A stretch of DNA of 64,000 bases from an uncultured Ruminococcus sp. (GCA_946622505.1 CAMOPY010000002.1:31570-95569), one strand, 5' to 3'. Shown: positions 16,806 through 26,972, numbered from the stretch's first letter. Made by a program: numbers and translations. Notes: generated from the letters alone by a model not told the origin.

Positions 16806-18419
16806 GTGTTGAGTTATAAAAATTCTCTTAAAAGAATAATAACGTCGGCAATGGCAGCTGCGCTGGCTCTCACAATGACCACCGCCGCATTTGCAGACGA
16901 ACCGTACACCGCTTACAACTACGACTACTGGGAGTCAGCGATACCTTCGCAGAGCGCTTACAGAGTAAATGTAGCAGTAACGGGTGCGGATATGGGTCTT
17001 TCAAGAATGTCTGACCCCTCGGATCCACTCTTTTTAAATGAAGAGGCTCCTTCAGCACTGAAGGATGCTAAGGATCTCTATTATGATGATGACAACGAGA
17101 CCTTCTGGATATGCGATACGGGAAATGATCGTATCCTCAGGCTCGACCGTGATCTGAAGCTCACGGGATGCTTTGACGGCGTCAGCGGTGATACGGAGAT
17201 CGCTGTCAGAGAGGACGGTGTTTCGACCTTCGACGGACCTTCGGGTATCTATGTAAAGGAGAGCATCATCGACGGCAACCTCTATGTTTATATAGCAGAT
17301 GCCGACAATTCAAGAGCACTGAAATGCAAGGTCAAGTCTGATACCGAGCTGGAGCTCGTTCAGGAGTATCTGAAGCCTGAAACAAAGCTTTATGACTCGA
17401 AGGTGTTCAACCCTTCAAAGATCCTTGCAGATGCAGCCGAGAATGTTTACTGCGTATGTAAGTCGATCACAGCGGGTGCCGTTCAGTTCTCGTCTTCCGG
17501 CGAGTTCCAGGGCTTCTACGGTGCAAACCGAGTTGAGGTAACGGCAGCTGTTATCGCTCAGCAGCTCTGGAGAAAGATCGCTTCAAATGAGCAGATCCAG
17601 GGAATGAAGAGAAACGTTCCTGTCGAGTATGCAAACTTTGATATCGACAATGACGGCTTCGTTTATACAGTAACCGAGGCAGCCAATGCCCAGACAGACG
17701 CTGTAAAGAAGCTCAATCCTGCGGGATATAATATCTGGGACAACGTTGTGGGCGACGAGTATAAGTTCGGTGACCTTACGACAGAGTATGATGCGACCCA
17801 GAACAAGAGCTATAAGTGCAGACTTACCGATATCGTTGTTTCAAACAACGGAACGATAAATATCCTCGATTTTGAAAACGGACGAGTGTTCCAGTATGAC
17901 AAGCTGTGTAATCTGCTGTGCATCTTCGGAACAAAGAACTCGACCTCCGACCAGGAGGGAAGCTTTACCAGCCCGAACGCTATCGAGGCTGTGGACAATG
18001 AGATATTTATCCTCGACGGCTCGAAGAACGACATAACGATATACACAGAGACCACCTTTGGTCACTATGTTCATTCGGCAGTCGCTCTTTACGACGAGGG
18101 AAGATATGTTGACGCAAAGCCCGAATGGGAAGAGGTAGTCAAGAGAGACGGAGGTTATGCTCTGGCATACACAGGTCTCGGAAAGGCTGCTCTTACAGAG
18201 GGCGAGTACAGCAAGGCTCTTGATTACTTCAAGACCTCATACGACAGGGACGACTATGATAAGGCGTTCAAGTATGCAAGAGAGGAATTTTTGAGAAAGC
18301 ACTTCACATTGATAATGATAATCATTATCGGACTGATAGTTGTCCTGATACTTGTGAAGATACTCAGAAAACGTGGAGTTCAGAAGTTCCTCAGAACTAT
18401 AATTAAGGGGGGAGACTAG
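16806..18419 (+). CDS. secreted NHL-repeat beta-propeller + TPR-like protein with C-terminal membrane anchor
   Basis: Signal peptide and about six NHL-like blades (e.g. FWICDTGNDRILRL, LYVYIADADNSRAL, INILDFENGRVFQY). TPR-like helices and a terminal TM (LIMIIIIGLIVVLILV). GTG start. Confidence 0.75.
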   Translation: MLSYKNSLKRIITSAMAAALALTMTTAAFADEPYTAYNYDYWESAIPSQSAYRVNVAVTGADMGLSRMSDPSDPLFLNEEAPSALKDAKDLYYDDDNETFWICDTGNDRILRLDRDLKLTGCFDGVSGDTEIAVREDGVSTFDGPSGIYVKESIIDGNLYVYIADADNSRALKCKVKSDTELELVQEYLKPETKLYDSKVFNPSKILADAAENVYCVCKSITAGAVQFSSSGEFQGFYGANRVEVTAAVIAQQLWRKIASNEQIQGMKRNVPVEYANFDIDNDGFVYTVTEAANAQTDAVKKLNPAGYNIWDNVVGDEYKFGDLTTEYDATQNKSYKCRLTDIVVSNNGTINILDFENGRVFQYDKLCNLLCIFGTKNSTSDQEGSFTSPNAIEAVDNEIFILDGSKNDITIYTETTFGHYVHSAVALYDEGRYVDAKPEWEEVVKRDGGYALAYTGLGKAALTEGEYSKALDYFKTSYDRDDYDKAFKYAREEFLRKHFTLIMIIIIGLIVVLILVKILRKRGVQKFLRTIIKGGD

Positions 18420-18420
18420 T

Positions 18421-19050
18421 ATGTATGAATTTTCGCCAATGGGCTGGCTCAAGCATTGTGTCTTTCACCCAGTAGAGGGCTTTGAGGACCTCAGATGGAA
18501 AAAGCAGGGCTCGATAAAGATCGCACTCGGTATAGTCTTCCTGCTTTTCGTTGCAATGGTCGTGGACAGACAGCTGACAGGCTTCCAGTTCAACGAGAAC
18601 TATGTAAAGGTATTCAATGTTGTGCCTCTGCTGGTACAGTCGGTAGTTTACTTCTTTACATGGGTAATAGGAAACTGGGCTATATGCACGCTTCTTGACG
18701 GTGAGGGTACTCTGAAAAGGATCCTTATCTATTCCGCATATTCGCTTGTTCCTTACATAGTGTGCACATTTATCGCAGTTATCTTCTCTAACGTTCTCGT
18801 TCAGGAGGAGGCTATCTGGATACATGCAATAAACTATCTCGGACTGGGCTGGTCCGTAGTCCTGATGATCCAGGCTATGAGAGCAGCACACCAGTATTCA
18901 TTCGGAAAGACCCTTGCTTCGATAGTGGGCACTATCATCGCAATGCTTCTTATACTGTTCCTTGCGATATTGCTCCTTTCGCTGTTCCAGCAGGTCTATG
19001 TATTCGGCTATTCGATCTATACCGAGATCGCATACAGGATCAGAGGCTAG
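18421..19050 (+). CDS. Yip1-domain-like multi-pass membrane protein
   Basis: 209 aa with 5 hydrophobic helices. The N-terminal HPVEGFEDLRWKK is typical of bacterial Yip1-family proteins (from memory). Tightly coupled to the upstream gene. Confidence 0.65.
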   Translation: MYEFSPMGWLKHCVFHPVEGFEDLRWKKQGSIKIALGIVFLLFVAMVVDRQLTGFQFNENYVKVFNVVPLLVQSVVYFFTWVIGNWAICTLLDGEGTLKRILIYSAYSLVPYIVCTFIAVIFSNVLVQEEAIWIHAINYLGLGWSVVLMIQAMRAAHQYSFGKTLASIVGTIIAMLLILFLAILLLSLFQQVYVFGYSIYTEIAYRIRG

Positions 19051-19070
19051 GAGAAAGGGTGGTGTAAATA

Positions 19071-21605
19071 ATGCAGAAGAATTATAAGAAAGCAATAGTT
19101 TTTGCCCTTTGTCTTACAATGCTGACGCCGCTCGGTTCAATGGCTGTATCCTCGACCTCGGATGAGGTGTCGAGCGCAGCTGCGGATTCCTCCGCTGCCG
19201 AGACGACAGACAGCACAGCCGCTGAAGAGACCGCAGACAGTGATGCAGCAGCCGACAGCACCGCTTCGGACGAGAGTACAGCTTCGGACGACAGCACAGC
19301 TGACGAGACAGCCGACAGCTCAGCTCAAACGGATGAGTCGAGCGCTGTGACTGATGAGAGCACCGCTGAAACTGACAGTGCGGCGGAGGAAGAGGAAGAA
19401 GAGCAGCCTATCACTGATGATGAGGCGCTTGCAATGGCAGAAAAGGCTCTTTCAAACGACAATCTTGAGGTCTATCTCGATGAGAAGAACGAAAGACTTG
19501 CCGTTAAGGTAAAGAAAACCGGTTCTGTATGGTGGTCTTCACCTATCAATGTAGGTGTCGATACTACGATACTTGATGCAGACAAGGGAAGAGATATGGC
19601 TTCCGCTCAGCGTAAGCAGGTGGCTTCCACTTCGGGCTTCAAGATCGGAGACGTCGGCGAGACCAACAGAGGTGAGTCCTCTGTGACCTACACCAATAAG
19701 TGTACGGTGAAATTCGACGTTAAGGGCGATAAGATCGTTGAAACTGTAAAGTACAGGATCAAGAATTCAAAGAATAAGTATGATATCGCTTATAAGATCA
19801 ACTATGAGCTGGGAGAGGATCATCTCTATGCTTATGTTGACAAGGAAGATATCGAGGAGGTCAACACCTCATCGCTGGATGGTCATATCCTCACAAAGCT
19901 CGAGATCATGCCTTACTTTGCTGCGGCTGATTCTCAGACCGACGGATATATGATAATCCCCGATGGTACAGGCGCTGTTATCAATTATAATAATGGCAAG
20001 CAGAACTATCAGGACTATTCACAGCAGGTATACGGCAGAGATTATACTGCTGTACCGCTCAATGCTCCCCGTATCACCCAGCAGGCATATCTGCCTGTTA
20101 TGGCAACGGTAAGCGGAAACAAGGGCGTTGTTATGGTGGCTTCCGATGGCGACGCTAACGTTTATGCTCACGCTCAGGTCTGCGGACAGGAGAAGCAGGC
20201 ATATAACAACTGCTACTTTGAGTTTGAGCTCAAGAGCACCGACTCGTTCTTTATGAGCGGTGACAGCTCGACAAGACTTACGGTGTTCGAGAAGGGCAAG
20301 ATAAAGACCGACCGCTTCGGCGTGAAGTATTATCCTATCGACAGCGAGAGCGGCGACCTTAACTATGCCGACTGCGCAGAGGTTTACAGAAACTATCTGA
20401 TAAACGAGAAGGGTCTGGAGAAGAAGGCAACAGCCAACAACAACGACCTGTATCTCGACCTGTACGGCGGCGTTATGAAGGATACCTCGATACTCGGTAT
20501 CCCCTTCAACCTCAAGACCGAGATAACAGGCTTCAATCAGGCCAAGGAGCTTATCAACGGCTTCAAGGACGACGGCGTTTCCTCGATGACAGTCAACTAT
20601 AACGACTGGACCGACGATGCTATCAAGAAGAAGATCGCAACTGATGCGGATCCTTCGGGTACACTGGGCGGAAGCGGAGACTTCGAGGACCTGATAGGTC
20701 TTGACAAGAATGTGGAGGTCATTCCTTCGCTCAACAACTTTACGATGTCTTCAAGCTCATGGGGTTATATGACCCTTACGAGCACCGCAATAAGAGTTTC
20801 AAACGCTTATTCAAGACAGAGCTCATACAGCCCGGCATTCGGTGTTGCTGAAAAGGGAGTTGCTCCCGCACTGCTGACACCTAACAAGTACTCCGACGTG
20901 TTCTCCGAGATGCTCGAGAGCTACGAGGACGAGAAGCTAGATGCAGTAGGCTTTGGCTACTATTCGACAAGGCTCGTTTCAGACTTTACCAACAGTGAAC
21001 CTTCGAGCAGATCGAATACGATGAAGAAGCTCCTTGAAGGCTATGAAAAGGCCAAGGGTCAGGAAAAGACGGTTTACGCTTCCGGCGCAAACGCTTATGT
21101 ACTGCCTTATGTGAACAAGGTGTCGAATATACCTGTATATTCGAGCAGCTTCAATATCACAGATTATGATATCCCGTTCTATCAGATGGTCATCCACGGC
21201 TACCTTGATTATGCAGGCACATCGGTAAATAAGAGCTCGAACACTGACGAGGTATTCTATCTGTCGCTGGCTTCCGGCTCTCAGATCCATTATGATCTTA
21301 CCTATGTGGATGCCGACACTCTCCAGGATACCGACTATGATGAGCTTTATTACACTCATTATGAGGGCTGGACAGATATGGCTGCAAAGCAGTATAAGGC
21401 AGCACAGGAGATCCTCGCAGGCGTTTCCGATTATACTATAACAAAGTATGAGAGAAACGGGGACGGAACAGAGTTCACAACAACATATTCAAAGGACGGT
21501 CAGCCCGATGTTGTTATCAAGGTGAACACAGAGCTCAGCCAGGCTGAGGTCGACGGAAAGATCATTCCGCTTGAAGATTGTGTTGAAGGAGGTATTGAAG
21601 AATGA
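19071..21605 (+). CDS. large secreted protein of unknown function (resembles DUF5696-type proteins from memory); acidic S/A/D/E/T-rich N-terminal linker
   Basis: 844 aa with a signal peptide, a ~90-aa low-complexity acidic region and then a large globular region (YMIIPDGTGAVINYNNG, DIPFYQMVIHGYLDY). Confidence 0.7.
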   Translation: MQKNYKKAIVFALCLTMLTPLGSMAVSSTSDEVSSAAADSSAAETTDSTAAEETADSDAAADSTASDESTASDDSTADETADSSAQTDESSAVTDESTAETDSAAEEEEEEQPITDDEALAMAEKALSNDNLEVYLDEKNERLAVKVKKTGSVWWSSPINVGVDTTILDADKGRDMASAQRKQVASTSGFKIGDVGETNRGESSVTYTNKCTVKFDVKGDKIVETVKYRIKNSKNKYDIAYKINYELGEDHLYAYVDKEDIEEVNTSSLDGHILTKLEIMPYFAAADSQTDGYMIIPDGTGAVINYNNGKQNYQDYSQQVYGRDYTAVPLNAPRITQQAYLPVMATVSGNKGVVMVASDGDANVYAHAQVCGQEKQAYNNCYFEFELKSTDSFFMSGDSSTRLTVFEKGKIKTDRFGVKYYPIDSESGDLNYADCAEVYRNYLINEKGLEKKATANNNDLYLDLYGGVMKDTSILGIPFNLKTEITGFNQAKELINGFKDDGVSSMTVNYNDWTDDAIKKKIATDADPSGTLGGSGDFEDLIGLDKNVEVIPSLNNFTMSSSSWGYMTLTSTAIRVSNAYSRQSSYSPAFGVAEKGVAPALLTPNKYSDVFSEMLESYEDEKLDAVGFGYYSTRLVSDFTNSEPSSRSNTMKKLLEGYEKAKGQEKTVYASGANAYVLPYVNKVSNIPVYSSSFNITDYDIPFYQMVIHGYLDYAGTSVNKSSNTDEVFYLSLASGSQIHYDLTYVDADTLQDTDYDELYYTHYEGWTDMAAKQYKAAQEILAGVSDYTITKYERNGDGTEFTTTYSKDGQPDVVIKVNTELSQAEVDGKIIPLEDCVEGGIEE

Positions 21606-22792
21606 GTGAAGAGATCATGAACACTCCGTTAGACCCGGAGGAAGTTAATACCGAGATCAACGAAGCTGAGAGCGAAGCAGAGCAGACAGCCGATGCGGCT
21701 GTCGAGGCTGCTGCCGATGCGGCTGAGGAGACTGTTGAAGAGACAGAGGATACAGCAGAGGCAGCAGAAGAAGCTGCCGAGGAAGCAGACGATGACATCG
21801 CCGCTTCCAAGGAAGCGTTTGAGGCTGAGAGCAAAGCGATCGCAGAGGAGACCGCTGCCGAAGCTGCCGCTGCAAACAGGAAGCCCGAGAAAAAGCACAG
21901 ACTCTCTTATGAGAGAAGAAAAGGCCTTTACGGCTATGGCTTTATAGCTATCTGGGCGCTGGGAACTATCTACTTCTTCATCCTTCCGTTCATCGAGTCG
22001 CTGATATACTCGTTCAACAAGACCGAGGTAAATCAGGGCGGTATGAAAATGGAGTGGATCGGCCTCAAGAATTACCGTAACGCATTCAGAAAAGACCAGG
22101 ATTACTCGAAGGCTCTCGTGGAGATGCTTCAGAGCACTGTTCTGAGAACACCGCTCATCCTCATCTTTGCGATATTCATCGCAGTTATCCTGAACCAGAA
22201 ATTCAAAGGAAGGACCTTCGCAAGAGCGGTATTCTTCCTCCCCGTTATCATCGCTACGGGTCCTGTTATCGACATCATCAACGGTAACATGGATCAGGGC
22301 GGCTTCTCGGGCGGCGCAGAGCAGTTCAGCACAATGTTCGAGGCAAACCTCGTTGACCAGCTGCTCAACTTCCTGGGAGTGTATAACATCAGTGACACCC
22401 TTACAGAAACACTCAACACTCTGATAACCGACATCTTCGACCTTGTGTGGAACTCGGGTATCCAGATCCTTCTGATACTTTCCGCACTTCAGGGAATTCC
22501 GCTTTCTTCCAAGGAAGCAGCTCAGATCGAGGGTGCGACAGCCTGGGAGTTCTTCTGGAAGGTCACTATCCCTTACATCAGCCCGATGATCCTCGCAAGC
22601 GTTGTTTACACCATAGTAGACTCCTTCGTGGATCCTCAGAACAGTGTAATGTCTATCGTACTTAATAAAGCGAGCAACTGGGAGCACGGTTACTCGGCAG
22701 CAATGGCTTGGGCATACTTCGCTATCGTTGCGGTATTCCTTGCTATCGTTGTAGCCTTTATCAATAAGTTCGTATACTATGAAGTAGAGTAA
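21602..22792 (+). CDS. sugar ABC transporter permease (MalF-like) with ~100-aa acidic N-terminal extension
   Basis: EAA loop EAAQIEGATAWEFFWKVTIP. ATGA overlap with the upstream gene. Confidence 0.85.
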   Translation: MSEEIMNTPLDPEEVNTEINEAESEAEQTADAAVEAAADAAEETVEETEDTAEAAEEAAEEADDDIAASKEAFEAESKAIAEETAAEAAAANRKPEKKHRLSYERRKGLYGYGFIAIWALGTIYFFILPFIESLIYSFNKTEVNQGGMKMEWIGLKNYRNAFRKDQDYSKALVEMLQSTVLRTPLILIFAIFIAVILNQKFKGRTFARAVFFLPVIIATGPVIDIINGNMDQGGFSGGAEQFSTMFEANLVDQLLNFLGVYNISDTLTETLNTLITDIFDLVWNSGIQILLILSALQGIPLSSKEAAQIEGATAWEFFWKVTIPYISPMILASVVYTIVDSFVDPQNSVMSIVLNKASNWEHGYSAAMAWAYFAIVAVFLAIVVAFINKFVYYEVE

Positions 22793-22804
22793 GGGGGGAT
22801 ATAA

Positions 22805-23851
22805 GTGGCAACTAAAAAAGAAGAAAAACAGTTTGAAAAAGAACGCAAGGCTGCCCAGAAAGCCCGCTACAAAAAGATGAAAGAAGAAGGGCTTGAAAAA
22901 TATCTGACTCCCGAACAGATAGCTTATAACAGGAGAAGAAAATGGATCGGTGCTGTATGGCCGTTCTTCAGGTTCGTGATCCTGTTCGGACTCTGCTTTG
23001 TAATCCTTTATCCTCTCATCTTTATGCTCTCGACAGCATTCAGACCGAACGAGCAGATGAATGACCCGTCGGTCGTATGGCTGCCAAAGAGCTTCACGAT
23101 GCAGAACATCTACGATGTCTGGGACGTTATGTCCTTTGACAAGACGGTCGTAAACACGGTCATCCTCAACATTGTAGCTTCGATCCTTCAGGTCATCACC
23201 TGCTCGATAACAGGCTATGGCTTTGCAAGATTCAAGTTCAAGGGAAAGAGCATCCTGTTTGCTATCGTTGTTCTCCAGATCATCGTTCCTCCGCAGATCA
23301 CCACTATCCCGCTGTATCTCCAGTATGCTTATTTCAAGCCTGAATTCCTGGCAAAGCTGCTGACAGGCGGCGAGACATCGCTTATCAACTCAGGCTGGAC
23401 AATGTATCTGCCTGCGCTGTTTGCAAACGGTCTGCGTGCAGGTCTGTTCATCTTCATCTTCCGTCAGTTCTTCAGAGGACTGCCCAAGGAGCTTGAAGAT
23501 GCGGCTTATCTTGACGGATGCAGCCCTCTTTACACCTTTGTAAAGATCATGTGTCCTAACGCAAGATCCTCATTCCTGACAGTATTCCTGTTCTCGATAG
23601 TTTGGTACTGGAACGACTATTATGTTTCCTCGTCCTTCTTCACAAAGAATGATACTGTTGCGCTGATGCTTAAAAACCTTAACACAAACCTGGCTCAGAC
23701 GCTGTTCGACGGTCAGCAGGTATCTGTCCGTCAGATCATCGTTTGGCTCGAAGCCGGATGCTTGCTGTCCATAACGCCGATATTGGTAATGTATGTATTC
23801 CTGCAAAGGTACTTCATCGAAGGTATCGAGCGTTCGGGTCTTGCAAACTAA
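22805..23851 (+). CDS. sugar ABC transporter permease (MalG-like) with basic N-terminal extension
   Basis: EAA-like loop DAAYLDGCSPLYTFVKIMCP. GTG start after AAGGGGGGA. Confidence 0.85.
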   Translation: MATKKEEKQFEKERKAAQKARYKKMKEEGLEKYLTPEQIAYNRRRKWIGAVWPFFRFVILFGLCFVILYPLIFMLSTAFRPNEQMNDPSVVWLPKSFTMQNIYDVWDVMSFDKTVVNTVILNIVASILQVITCSITGYGFARFKFKGKSILFAIVVLQIIVPPQITTIPLYLQYAYFKPEFLAKLLTGGETSLINSGWTMYLPALFANGLRAGLFIFIFRQFFRGLPKELEDAAYLDGCSPLYTFVKIMCPNARSSFLTVFLFSIVWYWNDYYVSSSFFTKNDTVALMLKNLNTNLAQTLFDGQQVSVRQIIVWLEAGCLLSITPILVMYVFLQRYFIEGIERSGLAN

Positions 23852-23877
23852 GGCTTGCAGCGTTTATAAAAAAACTG

Positions 23878-23913
23878 CCCGGAGAGACTGCGGTCTTTCC
23901 GGGTATTGTTTTT
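23878..23913 (+). terminator. intrinsic terminator ending the 12-gene operon
   Basis: cccggagagac/gtctttccggg stem followed by tattgttttt. Confidence 0.75.
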
Positions 23914-23931
23914 GCTTGTGGGGGAGGGGTA

Positions 23932-23960
23932 TTGAAAAGGCGGGCGGAATATGCTATGAT
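23932..23960 (+). promoter_or_regulatory. sigma-A type promoter TTGAAA-17-TATGAT (TGn) for the esterase gene
   Basis: Exact 17-nt spacer, 40 nt upstream of the ATG at 24000. Confidence 0.55.
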
Positions 23961-23999
23961 AAAAGAAGATGATAGCAGAATAAAAAAGGAGGCATAGTT

Positions 24000-24821
24000 A
24001 TGGGAACTTTGAACGACCTTATCACCGAGCTCCCCTGTGAGGGCTATGACAGGGAGAGAGAGAAGGAAGAATATCCGTGCTTTGAAAGGTACACCTATTT
24101 TTCAAGGACAGCGGGCCGTGAAACGGGGGTAAATATCATGCTGCCCGTGGACTATGACGAAAGCCGGGAGTATCCCGTGGTCTATGTTCTCCACGGCTTT
24201 TATGATGACGGCTCGTGGATGGCAAGGCCCGAGGTCGCTCTTGGAAGGATACTTCATAACCTCAGGCTTGACGGCAAGGCTCAGGATATGATAGTAGTTG
24301 CTCCCTATATTTTTTGCAGCAGGGAGATGCCTGTGTGTACCGGTATGGACCTTGAAAACTGCTATGCCTATGACAACTTTATAAACGACCTGACCACCGA
24401 CCTGATGCCCTTTATCGAGCGCAGGTTCAGCATAAAAAAAGGCAGGCAGAACACAGCTGTCACAGGGTTTTCAATGGGCGGCCGAGAGGCGCTGTTCATC
24501 GGCTTCAAAAGGCCCGACCTGTTTGGCTGCATCGGCGCTGTATGCCCGGCGCCGGGCTTGGTAAAAATACCCGGCTCACCTATGCACCCGGGCCAGCTGA
24601 CCGAGAGCGAAATGCGCTTTGATAAGGGATACGAGCCTTATTCTATGCTCATCAGCTACTCCCTTGCGGATGAGGTCGTGCTTCACGAGCCAGAGCATTA
24701 TCACAGGATACTTGAAAACAACAAAGTGACCTGCCTCTTTCAGGTCATGAAAGAAACAGGCCACGATCATACCAGCGTAAAGCCTCATTTATATTACTTT
24801 TTCAGGTCAGTTTTCAGATAA
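24000..24821 (+). CDS. alpha/beta-hydrolase esterase (esterase D / CE1-like 'putative esterase' family)
   Basis: VVYVLHGF and the nucleophile elbow GFSMGG. No signal peptide. Confidence 0.8.
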   Translation: MGTLNDLITELPCEGYDREREKEEYPCFERYTYFSRTAGRETGVNIMLPVDYDESREYPVVYVLHGFYDDGSWMARPEVALGRILHNLRLDGKAQDMIVVAPYIFCSREMPVCTGMDLENCYAYDNFINDLTTDLMPFIERRFSIKKGRQNTAVTGFSMGGREALFIGFKRPDLFGCIGAVCPAPGLVKIPGSPMHPGQLTESEMRFDKGYEPYSMLISYSLADEVVLHEPEHYHRILENNKVTCLFQVMKETGHDHTSVKPHLYYFFRSVFR

Positions 24822-26972
24822 CTGCTGCCTGACACCCTTCATCGTCAGCGAGATGCGTTTTTTCTGGACATCAACAGACATTACCCTCACCCTGACTATC
24901 TGACCCACCTTGACAACATCCAGCGGGTGCTTTACAAACTTGTCTGCCAGCTGAGAGATGTGGACAAGGCCGTCCTCGTGGACACCGATGTCAACAAAGG
25001 CACCGAAGTCGATAACGTTTCTCACCGTTCCCACAAGCTCCATACCCTCCTTGAGGTCCTTGAGCTCCATAACGTCCGCACTTCTCATAAGCGGAGGCGG
25101 CAGCTCGTCACGGGGGTCACGGCCGGGCTTCACAAGCTCGTTTATAATATCTTCCAGAGTCGGGATCCCGGCGCCTGTCTTTTCGGACAGCGTTTTGAGC
25201 CCGACTTTTTTTGCCTTCACTGGCAGGTCGCCAAGGCCGCCCATATTGGTCAGCGAATAGCCGCAGCATTCCAGAAGGCTCTTTGCGGCATCGTAGCTCT
25301 CGGGGTGAACGCCTGTATTGTCAAGAGGGTTCCTGCCGTCACGCACACGCAGGAAGCCTGCACACTGCTCATAGGCCTTGGGTCCCAGCTTTGCCACTTT
25401 AAGAAGCTGCCTGCGGTCAGTGAACGAGCCATTCTCCTCACGGAAGGCCACGATGTTTTTTGCTACACTCTTGCTGATACCGGCGATATAGGACAGCAGC
25501 GAATAGGAAGCTGTGTTAAGGTCAACGCCGACAGAGTTTACACAGTCCTCGACAACACCCGACAGAGCCTCGTCCATTCTGGCTTTTGGCATATCGTGCT
25601 GATACTGACCCACGCCTATGGCCTTTGGGTCTATCTTTACAAGCTCCGCCAGAGGGTCCTGCAAGCGTCTTGCTATGGAGACTGCCGACCTGAGCGACAC
25701 ATCATACTCCGGGAATTCCTCTGCTGCAAGCTTTGAAGCCGAATAGACAGAAGCACCTGCTTCGGAAACGACCATATAGGATACCCCGGCGCCTGTCTTT
25801 TTTATAAGCTCTGCTGTGAACTGTTCGGTCTCACGGGACGCTGTTCCGTTTCCGATAGCGATAGCCGTGACACCGTGCTTCTTTATCATCGAGCTTATTA
25901 TCTGCTCTGCTTTTTCGGTGTTTTTCCTGGGAGGTGTTATGTAGATGATAGCGGTGTCCAGCACCTTTCCGGTGTCATCCACCACAGCGCATTTACAGCC
26001 GTGGGTATATCCGGGGTCAAGACCCAGTGTGACCTTGCCCTTTATTGGCGGCTGCATAAGCAGCTGACGCAGGTTTGAAGAAAACACCTTTATAGCGCCC
26101 TCCTGCGCTTTAAGGCTGAGGTCGTTTCTTATCTCACGTTCGAGCGAAGGGTAGATGAGCCGTTTCCAGCTGTCAAGAGCCGCTGCTTCAACAAGCCCGG
26201 AGCATCGGTTCTTCCCTTTTACAAAGCGCTGCGTGAGCGCTCTCTCTGCGGCACCTTCGGGCAGCGTGACGCTTACCTTCAAAAAGCCCTCTTTCTCGCC
26301 CCTGTCGATAGCCAGCACCCTGTGGCCTGCCACCTTTGAAACGCTTTCCGAAAACTCATAATAGTTCTCGTAAACGCTCTTGGCGTTTTCATCGGCTGCC
26401 GCAGACACAAGGTGTCCGAGGTCTGAGAACATCTGTCTGAGATATTTTCTCATCTCGGCGCTGTCCGAGATATCCTCGGCTATTATGTCCATAGCGCCCG
26501 CAAGGCAGGCATCCTTGTCTGCAAGCTCTTTTTGCTCGTCTATATATTTCTCTGCCTCGGCATCTATATCCACACCGTCAGCCTGCTCCATAATAAGTGC
26601 TGCAAGCGGCTCCAGACCCTTTTCTCTGGCGACCGAAGCTCTTGTCTTACGTTTCTGCTTATAGGGCAGATAAATGTCCTCGACCTCGACAAGAGTGACT
26701 GCCTTTTCGATAGCGGCCATAAGCTCGTCCGTCATCTTTTCCTGTGCGGTGATAGAGGAGATGATCTCCTCCTTGCGCTTTTCAAGGTTTCTCAGATATG
26801 TCAGCCTGTCCGAGAGGTCTCTGAGGGCTGTGTCGTCGAGCGAGCCTGTCAGCTCCTTGCGGTATCTTGCGATAAAGGGAATAGTCATACCCTCGTCGAT
26901 AAGAGCTACGGCGTTATCCACCTGCTCGGGTCTCAGCCCCAGTTCACGGGCGATCATGTTGTTTATTTGCAT
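24807..26972 (-). CDS. tex: Tex-like transcription accessory protein (YqgF/HhH/S1 domains)
   Basis: 721 aa with N-terminal IPFIARYRKE and a C-terminal S1 domain (GTVRNVIDFGAFVDIG). Confidence 0.9.
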   Translation of the reverse strand: MQINNMIARELGLRPEQVDNAVALIDEGMTIPFIARYRKELTGSLDDTALRDLSDRLTYLRNLEKRKEEIISSITAQEKMTDELMAAIEKAVTLVEVEDIYLPYKQKRKTRASVAREKGLEPLAALIMEQADGVDIDAEAEKYIDEQKELADKDACLAGAMDIIAEDISDSAEMRKYLRQMFSDLGHLVSAAADENAKSVYENYYEFSESVSKVAGHRVLAIDRGEKEGFLKVSVTLPEGAAERALTQRFVKGKNRCSGLVEAAALDSWKRLIYPSLEREIRNDLSLKAQEGAIKVFSSNLRQLLMQPPIKGKVTLGLDPGYTHGCKCAVVDDTGKVLDTAIIYITPPRKNTEKAEQIISSMIKKHGVTAIAIGNGTASRETEQFTAELIKKTGAGVSYMVVSEAGASVYSASKLAAEEFPEYDVSLRSAVSIARRLQDPLAELVKIDPKAIGVGQYQHDMPKARMDEALSGVVEDCVNSVGVDLNTASYSLLSYIAGISKSVAKNIVAFREENGSFTDRRQLLKVAKLGPKAYEQCAGFLRVRDGRNPLDNTGVHPESYDAAKSLLECCGYSLTNMGGLGDLPVKAKKVGLKTLSEKTGAGIPTLEDIINELVKPGRDPRDELPPPLMRSADVMELKDLKEGMELVGTVRNVIDFGAFVDIGVHEDGLVHISQLADKFVKHPLDVVKVGQIVRVRVMSVDVQKKRISLTMKGVRQQLSEN

